Assembly (NCBI GenBank): GCA_963575745.1
Contig: CAUYUJ010000135.1
Location: 62,001 to 117,779, forward strand
From: Prorocentrum cordatum
Lineage: Eukaryota
Length of the DNA stretch: 55,779 nucleotides
Direction of reading: 5' to 3'
Shown: positions 45,599-55,779 of the stretch, in pieces
Layout: every line of letters begins with the position of its first letter
How positions within the stretch are numbered: position 1 is the stretch's first letter
Notes under the pieces: generated by a model
Databases searched by the model: none
Seen by the model: the letters and a program-made list of their open reading frames with translations, nothing else
What the model was told of the DNA's origin: nothing
Program-made: the position numbers and the translations under genes

Positions 45599-47629
45599 TT
45601 ACTCATGCAAATCAGGGGGCATCTCCGCGCGGCCGATCATCCACGCGCGACACATGCCACAGAGCAGATCCCAGTTGTTGTGGGCGAAGACATCGAATAT
45701 CCCCGTGAAGAGCTCATCGCAATCAGACGGTCGGGGGGGCAGCCTACCTGTGGTCTCCAGCGCCGCCGCGTGGTCGTTGGCGCATGCGGGGTGCATGGAC
45801 AAGAGGCACAGCCCACACTCTCGCACGCCAGCGCCAGCCCGTTCATCGGCGTCGCCGCACACTTGGCACGCCACGAACGCATCAAGAGGCCCCAAGCCAG
45901 CGTGCTCCACCATGCGCGCTGTCCTGGGGCGCGGCCGCGACTCCCTCCCCCTACCCACCGGCGCCCCAGCGTCCCGCGGCACAGAACATATCTAACAGAA
46001 GTGCGCGGCACAACGGGCTTCAAGCCAGCTCTATCCACGGGCCCTTCTGGATAGAGCTGACTTGGGGCCCTCTTGGAGCCCCTTGGGGCCGTCTTGGGGG
46101 CCCTCGCGGGGCAATGTTTGGAACCATCTTGGGGCCCAAACGGGCCCCAGAAGGGCCTGACCATATCTTAATTTGGTCAGGCCTTCTTATGGGCCTCGTC
46201 GGGGCCCTCTTGGAGCCCTCTTGGGGCCCTCTTGGGGCCCTCTTGGGCCCCGCTTAAGGGCCTCTGGGATTTCTCGGGGCCCTATGGGGCCTTCTCGGGG
46301 CCCTCTTGGCCCCTTCCCAAGGCCCTCGGAGCGGCCCAAGAGGGCCCCCAAGACGGCTCCAAGAAGGCCCCACGAAGGGGCACCCCAAAAATAAAATATG
46401 TCTTGGGTGCACCCGCGCCTCCGACCACTCACGCCCCTCGCTCTGGTCCGCAACTGCAGTGCATATACAGGGTCGGTCGAGGAATAGAGGAGAGGGGGGA
46501 GCGGAGGTGATCCAGTGGTCGAGCCCGGCCCGCTCCTGAGCGCCGCCGGCGGTACTGCGGTCCGCCCGGGCCCCCTTGCCCGCGAGACGGACTCTCCAAT
46601 GGTAGGTAGCACCGGAACTGCACTATGCAAATCGAGAGCAGGGAAAAAACTTGGAGTTGGGTAGACGGCTCGCCCACTCTCCAATCGAATCAGTCGGCCC
46701 GTCCGAGCAGTCGTGTCGACCCAGTGGACGAATCTGGCCGCTGGCCCCATGTCGTGCTCGGGGGGGATCCACACGAGCGATATATCAGGCACATCTGCAG
46801 CCCGCCTCCTGACCCCGCCGACGGGGGCACTGGCGCCAGCCACGACCCCGCGGAGGCACGCCAGCCCCTCTCCAGCCCCAGCTGCCCACTCAGTAGCAAG
46901 GAAGGCTAAGTCGGGGAGGTCAGCGTCGCCACCAGCATCTTCGTCGGGCTGACCATGGGGTAGATCAGAGGCAGGGGCAGGGGCTGCTGCTACTGCTGCT
47001 GCTGCGCCGTCGCCGTCGCCAGTCACCGCGGGGCCACCGCCGCCGGCGCTGCCCGACCCAGCCCCTCCGCTAGGGGGCCCCAATTGAACCCTACCCCTAC
47101 CCCCCACCACGATTTCTGAAGGGGAGGGTGGGCGGGAGCTCCCGAACGAAGTGAACCCCACCCTCCCCCTTAGCAATCGTAGGGAGTGGGTGGGGGGGGG
47201 CGGGGGTAGGGTTCACCTGTGGCCCCCTATCCGCCTCCACCGCCTGCTGGCAGCAAGTCTGCTACATCGGCTGCCAGGGCTGAGTTGAGCGCCGCCTCCT
47301 TCTCTAATTGGTCAGGGTGCACGTCCGTCCCCCAACCCGCATTCAAGTAACGCAGCGTTCCAATCGAACTTCCCTGTGAACGCTGACCCCCCTCCGGCCC
47401 CTGCGCCTCTCCTGTGCCCGGCGCCCGCCCCCGCTCCGGAGGCCTGGCCAGCGGCAGCGCGTGCAGCAATGCGGGCTGCCTCCGCCTTCTCCGCCAGCGC
47501 CGCGTCGACGCCCTCCTCGACGTCGACGCGCTCGGCCTGGCGGGGCGCGCGGGGCGGGGGGGAGGTGGAGCTCGACGGCGGGCATCTTAGAATACCACAG
47601 GCACCGAAAGCGTCAGAAAGTGAAGATCT

Positions 47630-47661
<32 letters not shown>

Positions 47662-50241
47662 GATGTAACACAATATCACGAGGGAAGCCGTTTCGAGAGG
47701 AGTCTGGGGCACGTTTCTCGGGCAATGTGTCTGGCGCACAAAAGCCCCGCGAAATGTCGAGAGGGCCCCGGGAGGTCCCCCAGGGTCAAGATACCTGGCC
47801 CAGAAAAGCACCAAGGGCCCAGGAAAGGGAAATTGGGGCCCAGGAAAGGGCCCCAGGTCATAACTGCAAAAACAATGTCCAGAGGGTGGATCGTTTCGAA
47901 GCGAGAGCGAGAGCGGCGGCGGGGGCGGAGGGGGGCCCGGGGGAGGGGCAGCAAGTGAAGTAGCGGGGCGATATAGAGAGTGCACAAGAGGGGGCGTGAA
48001 GGAGGAGGACGAAAGATGCTGCCGCTGCCCTCGTGATCGTCCTCGCCTCCCTCATCCTACTCCTCGTGCCCCTCAGCCCCTCTCCCCCCGTCGTCTTCAT
48101 CATCTACCGCTCGCCCCCTGATCATAAATCGCCGCATTGCCAAATGCACCATGTAGTTCCAACGACCGAGTACAATGCGCGCGTTGCGCTACTGCGTTAC
48201 TGGTTACACGGCACGCAACCCACAGAACGCAACAGAGGTAGCGAAGCAGCCTCGTCCTCATCGATGCCTCTGGCCACGAAGGCGCCGTGGAGCTCCTCGA
48301 GGATGTCAGGGTCGTACTCGTAAGCCTCATCGCCCTCCTCGTTGCCGGGGGCGGCATCCTCGTCCTCCAGCGGGACAGCCGCCTCGCCACCAGCGCCTCT
48401 GCCTCTGCCGCGGCCACGGCCGCGTCCGCGGCCCTCTCCCTTGCCACTGCCGCCCGCGCGGGGCTTGCGCGGCGGTACGTCCGACGATTTCAGCGTCATC
48501 ACAATCTCGGCATCACCCAACTTGATATACCCGAGTGGGCCCAAGCCGTCACCGGGCTCGTCGGCGTCGCCGGCGTCGCTGTCGTCGTCGCGAACGTCAC
48601 CGCTGAGGCTCCACATCCAATCGATCGTGTGCCTAAAGATGTGCATCGTGTGGCACAAACGGACGTCGTCGCGAACGTCGAAGAGGTAATCAGGGGACGT
48701 GACGAATCGCAGCGGCTTGACCAGTCGAATCAGACGGGTACCGTCGTCACCGGCCACGACGACACGTGCAACAGCAAAGGTGGTGGTCGTATGATTCTTC
48801 TCGGCGGGTAGGAAGACATCATAGCCCAACCGCAGCGTGCAGTCTGCACCCGATCTGGACAGGCAAATCCCACAATTGATTCGAGGCGTAACTTTATGCA
48901 ACCGTATGTGGTACCACCCTAAGATCGCCTGCTCGAACAAGGGGAGTCGACTCACGGCCGTCGGATCGAGTTTCACGCCCTCGGCAATCGAGACGTGGAC
49001 GTCTGCTGGGGGAGGGTCCATCCACCGGGTCGCGTCGGTCAAGATCGAATCTCGGTCACTGGACATCATACACATCTGAAGCAGTCGTGCGGCTCGTGGC
49101 CGTACAGATGACCACTTATGGCGAAGTCCTCGAGTGCCGAGCCCGAGGGCTTTCTTGACCTGAACGCGTGCCGAAAGTAATGGCAGCTTGATGCCTCTGC
49201 ACTGGTCGGCGATGTGTTTCGTCAGTGAATTCACGCCCTCACACTCTTGTATATCACTGTACACATGCACTCTCAAGACTTGAATGAATGTCCAAAGCTC
49301 GCGCGTGCAAAAACCAGTCCGAGCAGCAAACTCAATGTCAGCCTTATACGCATCACGCACCTTGAAAGTGGAATGCTCCAGCTCGTCGGCCTCCAGGACC
49401 AGCAGCGCGGTAGCAATTCCTGCGCCACACCACCACGCGGCCACGGGAAGCAAGCGTTGCAAACAGCATGCCTGCCTCAAGCTGCAATCTATCCAACGCA
49501 ACGTGCTCCATGCCAGTACGGCATACCACCATGGCCACATCACTATCTCGCATCAGCATCCCGCTCCTCGCACTCCCCCCGCCCGCCCTGAGCCCCCTTG
49601 CCCTCCTCCTACTCCTCTCCCTCCTCCTCACCCCCAGCCGCATATCCACATCCGCTCCCTCGCGCCCCCGTGCCGGCGCGCCGAGCGGATCGGGCTGGCG
49701 GGGGCGCGTTTGCGACGCCCGCAGAACACGCCGTAGTGCTCGCGGGCAAACCAGAACAGCAGGTAGGGCCACCTAGGAGCGCGCGAAGGCGCGGTAGGGA
49801 CGGGCGATCGCAGGACCCGTAGCGAGATTGAGGAGGAATGAGGGCCAATAGTGCAGAGGGCCGTCAGAGGAGGAATCAGGCGGGCCAGGCAAGGGGCGGC
49901 AGCGGAAGGGAGCGGAGGCGGCGGCGCCTCAACAGCTCGTTCACCACCCTGCGGAAGAAGGAGGCGCCGGCGTGCAGGAACTCCTGGAGGACGGGCGCCC
50001 ATCCCGCCCGCCTCTCCTCGCCCCCCCTCCCCGCCCCCCGTATCCTCCCTCCCTCCTCCTCACCGTCATACCTCGCCCTCCACTCCGCCCTCCCCTCCTC
50101 GCCCTGTCCTCACATGCCTCCTCCCTCATCTCCCCATCCCACCGCGCTTCCCGTCGTCGCCGCCGCCGTCGGGCGGGGGCCCCGTGGGGGAGGGGGGGGG
50201 GGAGGGAGGAGATAGAGAGAGACGGACGAAGATGGAGGATG

Positions 50242-50310
<69 letters not shown>

Positions 50311-53300
50311 AGGAAAGGAGAGGGCGGAGGATGGAGGAGATGGAGGATGGAGGATGGAGGAGTCCTCGAGCGTGAACAACGCGAGCTGATATGGGACATA
50401 GATCTCCGCCGGCTCGGCGAACGCTGGCTCCTCTTGCAGCCGCGCGTAGTGGGCAGGCCAATCGTGATCAAGCACCAAATCGCTGTAGTCGAGGCTCAGC
50501 TCTTCAATTCTCCACTCCACAAGCTGGGCAAGGTGACCACCGTCAGCATATGCGTCCACGGTCTTCTGCATGAAGAGTTGGAGGTGTGTGCCAGGGGCGT
50601 GTGCGAGACTCATCACCTCCACGAAGTACCAATACATTGGATCGTGGATGATGCCCGCCACGTCCCGCCGCCATTTGCCCATCTTGCGACGGTAGCCCTG
50701 TTGCTCCTCCACGCGTAGCTCGTCAACCGGCACAACAGCGCCGGCACCGCCAGCAGCACCGGCGTCGCGGGCGGCATCCTCGACGGCCTTGAGATCGGCG
50801 TCCTTAGTCTTATGGAGGACCCTGTCCAGCGTAAGTGCCAACTGACCACGAGCGCCAGCACACTCACCAGACCACGCGCCGCCCGACGCAGACCGTAGAG
50901 CAGATCAGAGAAGAAATAAAGCAAGATGAGGAGGCAGGAGGGGTGGGCGGAGGGGGGAGGGGAGGGATGAGGGGGAGGGGAAGCGAGGAAGGGGCGAGAG
51001 AGAGAGAGAGAGGGAGGACAAGGAGGAGGGATGAGGAAGCCAGAAGGGCGAGGCGGAGGAGGGGGACGAGGAGTCGTGGCGAGGAGGAGGAGGCGGAGGA
51101 GGGGGATGAAGAGGAGGAGTCACCGGAGTCGGTCTTCTGTGGATGCTATGGACAACCATCGTCCAGCTACGCACCTGGGTACCAGCTTAAGGGCGTGCTG
51201 GCACGCCGATACTGCGCCATGGGCCTTGGTCCAGACGCGCATCACATCAGCCGCGCACTCTCGCCAACAGTGCGACAGCTTGGCGCAGGCCGAAAAATAT
51301 TTCCACGTCTTACCGAGCCTGACCAACCAAGAATCGCAAAGATGCAAACCAGTTTTAACCGTCAACTGCTGGATGTGGCTGACGCACGGGATGACCACGC
51401 CCACGTCGCACATGCTGGGGGACAGGTCGGTCAACAACATCCGCTTGAACACCTTCTGGTCGGACCCACCGTCCGAGGTATACGCCCACCACGTCATCGC
51501 ACGATTATCAATCGTCTTCCAGAAGGGGCAGCCTACTGACATCAGTTGTTTTTTCAGGATCGCGTACGTGCCCTGTGCCTTTTTGTTATGAACACGATGG
51601 ATATCTGGAACGATGTCTACATCACATATGGACTCAGCCAAGTGAGACGATCCGATCTTAGAGTAATCTGTGATGTACAGGCTGTGCAGCTGCGTGTTGT
51701 GCAGTGAACAGTCGTGCCACACTTTGGAATTCGTTGCGTCCGATCTGAAGATGTGAGCACGTATATGTCGCTTGAAGTCGGAGTCGTTAGGAGGCGATGA
51801 ACGCTGCCAATGTTCTTGCAAGGCGTGGAAGCGCCGAGAATAACCAACCCAAGATGCCGCCAACAAGCCTTCATAACGGATCACCGACTGTGAAGACACG
51901 TCCTCCAAGATAACTGCGCCCAGGTCTGCAGCGCCAACAGATGAGAGGTTCCTACCAGGGCTGGACCTAACCTAAACGGTTTTTGTTCGCTGTGTGGTCG
52001 TGTTGTTTTCGCTTTGTTCTGCCAGTTCTCCTGCGCCCCCCCCCCGACAAACGAAAAACAAACATATGTTGCTTCGAGCGATCCCCACCATCCTCCTGTG
52101 CTGTCGGTTCTGTCGTGCTGTTCTGCCAACGTGATGTTCTGTCATGTTATGTCCTGCTCTGCTCAGTCCTGTAATGGTCTGTTCTGTCAAGTTGTGGTAT
52201 GTCGTGTTCGTCATGTTCTGTTCTGTCATGTCGTATTTGTGTTCTGTCGCGTTCGTCGAGGGCGCGAGGCGGGGCGAGGCGGGACTCTCGGGGCTCTCGG
52301 GGATTCTCGGGACAACTTGGGGTCTGGCGGCTGTGCAGGCGGGATGAGGCGGGACTCTCGGGGATTCTCGGGACAACTTTGGGTCTGGCGGCCGCGGTAT
52401 GCAGGCGGGACGAGGCGGGACTCTCGGGACTCTCGGGGATTCTCGGGACAACTTGGGGTCTGGCGGCCGCGGTATGCAGGCGGGATGAGGCGGGACTCTC
52501 GGTACTTTCGGGGATTCTCGGGACAACTTGGGGTCTGGCGGCCGCGGTATGCAGGGTGGGAGGTGGGTGGGGGGTGTGGCCGACGGGTCTGTTCTAAGAA
52601 ATCTAATAACCCCAACCTGTCGGGTGGGGAACGAAGCCCGAAATCCAACAAAAACAACGGTTAGGCCCAGCCCTGGCTCCTCCGCAGAGCCACCGCGAGC
52701 CGCGATTGCGGCGTCATGTGGGCTCTGGCCCGGCCACGGGCTGGAGGGGGCCGTTCAATGACAAACATCTTATTGGCCAGAGCCGCTAGATCTCTCGCAC
52801 TCGCCTCAACGATCTGGCAATCGTCGTCACCGTCGGCGGCGGCGTCGGCCCGGGCGGCCCGCGCCCGCGCCTCCCGCCGGTGGGCGGCGTCCGCTTTCCG
52901 CAGGCACCTCAGCTCGACGTCCTTGAGCACCATCATCTGAGCGCGGGCCAGGGGCGGGGGGCAGGGCAGGCTGAGGAGCTGACGACGACAGCGTGTGAAG
53001 GGGTAGCGGACGAGGCGCGCCGGTCGGAGTCAGACGGATGAGAGAGGAAGGGAACGGGGAGGACCAGGCGACGAGTTGACAGTTGACAGCGCTGACACTC
53101 TCACCCCAACGCCCTACTCAGTCCTCCTCGGCCTCCTCTCCCCCCGTCAGCTGCATCTATTGCGTCGCCTAGGGCCTAGCACGCCGTCCTACACCTCCAT
53201 TCCTCGTCGCGACGTCGTCGGTCACTACTCGCCGTGGGGATCGATCGCTTCCTCGCTCGTCACCACCCCCCTTCGCCGCCCTCCCTACCTCCCCTACCCA

Positions 53301-53596
53301 GCCTTGTCAATCCTCCCGCTGCAGGCTCATGGCTCATCCGCACCCCTGCCTATCCGTTGTCCATCGCCCCTCTCTCCACCAACCTCCTCCCTCCGCGCCC
53401 TCGCGACTCCCCGCGCGCAGAGCGCGCGCGCCTGCACGAGAGTCTCGGCGCCCATGGCGCGGTACTCCTCCACGTCCAGGAGGGGCAGGCGCCTGGCGGC
53501 GCAAGGGCGAGGACGCAGCCGGGCGAGAGGATGGCGAGGCGGCGAGCTGGCGCGAGGGCGACGGGAGTTGGCGAGGCGAGGTAAGGAGACGGCGAG

Positions 53597-53672
<76 letters not shown>

Positions 53673-54047
53673 CAGAGAGAGGGAGAGGGAGGGAGGGATG
53701 GAGGGAGGGAGGGAAAGAGAGAAGGAGAGCGCAGTCAGGTCGGGCCCTGCTGCACTTTGAAATCTGTTGCCGCCCGATCGGGCAGGCGATGCGATCCACC
53801 CGTGCACTTTGAAATCTGTTGCCGCCCGATCGGGCAGGCGACGTGATCCATCCACTCCTCTCCCACTCAACCGGTGTGATCCATCCACTCCTCTCCCCCA
53901 CTCCTCTTATCCACACATGTCTCTCTATCTCTCTCTATATCGCTCTCTATCTCTCTCTCTCTCTATCTCTCTCTCTCTCTTTCTCTCTTTACCGCTATGC
54001 GCAGACTTGCACAGGGTAACGTTCTCATTTACTGATTGCGGTCCCTA

Positions 54048-54101
<54 letters not shown>

Positions 54102-54803
54102 TCTCTCTATGTATATATGTATATATGTATACATCCCTCCTGCTGCCCCGCAGCCCACAGCCCACAGCTGATGGAGCAGCGACCGCAGGACCCAGATACA
54201 GACTGCCGCGCTTGGCTAGAAAAGGACGCGGCTGGGAGGCAGGGCGCAGGACGGGGGAAGGGGAGGATGACGGAGGAGGAGGAGGAGGGGAGGGGGAGGG
54301 GGATCAAGAGCAGTAAGAGGCGAGCACGTGAGAAGGTGAAAGGGGCGGCGGCGGGGCGCGTGGCGCCTCGGACCAGTGCTGCTCGCAGCACTCGCCGCCG
54401 TCGGAACCAGCGCGTGGCCCCCAGCGGCCGCAGCGGGCGCCGGCGCCGGCAGCGGCAGCGGCAGCGGCGGCGCAGGGCGCGCAGAAGCGCGCCGCACCAC
54501 CCCTTCCCACACGTCCACTGCTACGTCCACCCCCCCGTGGGCCAAGGCGAGAAGGACCAAAGCCGGGGGGCAGAAACCCTCGGGCGTCCCTGCAGGCAGC
54601 ACTCCAGACTCTGCCTTCCGAATGCGGCCACGAGCAGCCTCGAGACCAATCCCACAAATCTTCGACACCAACGGCTTCAGAGCACTCCTTCGAAAGACGA
54701 GCCCACCGTCCGACACGAACGAGTGGGCACTGAACGCCACCTCCAGATGCCTCGCACCAGCGAGGTCGAGACTGCGGTGAGGCCGCGGCAGAGGCGGCGG
54801 CAT
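45599..54803 (-). CDS. Multi-exon hAT-like DDE transposase with a probable C-terminal PHD-type zinc finger
   Basis: Exons 54803-54367, 53492-53432, 52936-52680 and 51951-51124 join in phase. Later exons are approximate: ~50850-50410, 50020-49928, 49772-49705, 49419-48270, 47550-47240, 47080-46540, 45925-45599. Motifs in hAT order: FRSDAT (D1), YTSDGGSD (D2), CVSH (CxxH), GRWLS (RW), SDIQECEGVNS (E). The junction after exon 4 and the 3' exons were not fully resolved. Confidence 0.78.
52079..52625 (+). repeat. Intronic repeat with four ~60-70-bp tandem units; second copy of 37851-38135
   Basis: gggattctcgggacaacttggggtctggcgg recurs at ~52300, 52361, 52436 and 52511. Confidence 0.9.
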
Positions 54804-55473
54804 GCGGCCGCGCGCGCGCCTGCGGCCTGAGGGGGGGGTTCGGACCCGAGCAGCGGGCGGCCGCAGCGGCGGCGCATGCCAGCGGCGGCGGCGAGCGCGC
54901 AATCCTTGCGCCTCCCCCATCCCCGACGGAGGGGCGAGGGGAAAAGGAGGGAATGGAAGGGGTGAGGAGAATAACGCTAGGAAAGAATGGGGCGTGTAAA
55001 TGATAGGAGTAGCATACATGTTGGAGACACTGCACTGTATGTGGAGCTACTGAACTACAAAATGCAATTGCAGAAGGATCATTCCCGAAATCCCGATTTC
55101 CGCGCCGATAGTTTCGACCCCCGCGCTAAGAATTTCGACCCCCCAACAACGACTCCGAGAACGCCACAAACAAGTTCTAGCGGCGAACAGCTCGTTAGAA
55201 CTCACCAAACCCTCTTATGCCTAACACAGGAAGTGTAAACTGTGTTAACGGTTTCTGTTATACATGACGCGCGTGTCGATTACACAAATTAAACTGTTTC
55301 TTATCTCAACCATCGAATCGGCCCCGCCCGCCCACCGTTTCGAACGACAAAATTAAAATTGATGCACAAAATATGTTAAAGATGCTTACTTTCCATTATA
55401 CATAACACTTTTTTCGCTTATACATATTAAAACTTTTCTTATGCCAAACATAGGAATTGCCTCACACACCCAC

Positions 55474-55506
55474 CGTTTCAGGAAGCCATATGATACCGCT
55501 TCCTAT
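55474..55506 (-). repeat. Right terminal inverted repeat, preceded by an AT-rich subterminal region (~55200-55470)
   Basis: Reverse complement reads ATAGGAAGCGGTATCATATGGCTTCCTG-AAACG; cccaccgtttc is repeated at ~55331 and 55469. Confidence 0.8.
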
Positions 55507-55779
55507 CTCAAGTTTCCTCGGAAACCTGCGAGTCGTCGGCGACGTCGACATTCGTCGTCGTCGTCGTTCTCGTCCTCGTCCTCGTCCTCGCGACTGGCGG
55601 CCCGGGCGCCGTGGCCGCTGCCGATGCCTGCCTCTGCCAGCGCCTCTGCACGGGGGCCAGTGCAGAAGCCTCGTGGGGCGCGCGCGGGGCGCCGACGGGC
55701 CGCTCCTCCTCCACCTCGGCCCCGCCTCGCTCCGCCTCGTCCTGGGGTCCTCCTCCTCCTCCTCCTCCTCCTCCTCCTC

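Larger units (their letters stand above)
31213..55506 (-). mobile_element. Giant (~24.3 kb) hAT-like DNA transposon carrying a C5 DNA methyltransferase and a ParB-like-domain gene
   Basis: Imperfect TIRs at both ends (24/28 identical, then AAACG after a 1-nt gap); internal spliced DDE transposase starting ~700 bp inside the right TIR; all three genes co-oriented; both outer flanks are GTC-rich repeat. No perfect TSD. Confidence 0.75.

Overview
GC-rich, repeat-dense eukaryotic DNA that is almost certainly dinoflagellate: it has a perfect 22-nt dinoflagellate spliced leader (DinoSL) at 19430-19451 and many GC-AG/GA-AG introns. The left 31 kb is mostly microsatellites, a ~10-kb composite satellite/tandem duplication, scattered short exons of an unidentified minus-strand host gene, and SL-capped retroposed inserts. 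The right 24.3 kb (31213-55506) is bounded by imperfect ~33-bp terminal inverted repeats and holds three co-oriented, spliced minus-strand genes. These are (i) a divergent hAT-like DDE transposase with a probable C-terminal PHD-type finger, (ii) a ~1275-aa C5-cytosine DNA methyltransferase preceded by a relic spliced leader, so probably captured as a retrocopy, and (iii) a ~1234-aa protein with a possible ParB/Srx-like domain. The best reading is a giant cut-and-paste DNA transposon carrying its own DNA methyltransferase. No clean target-site duplication was found, and all gene models and family calls are by eye.
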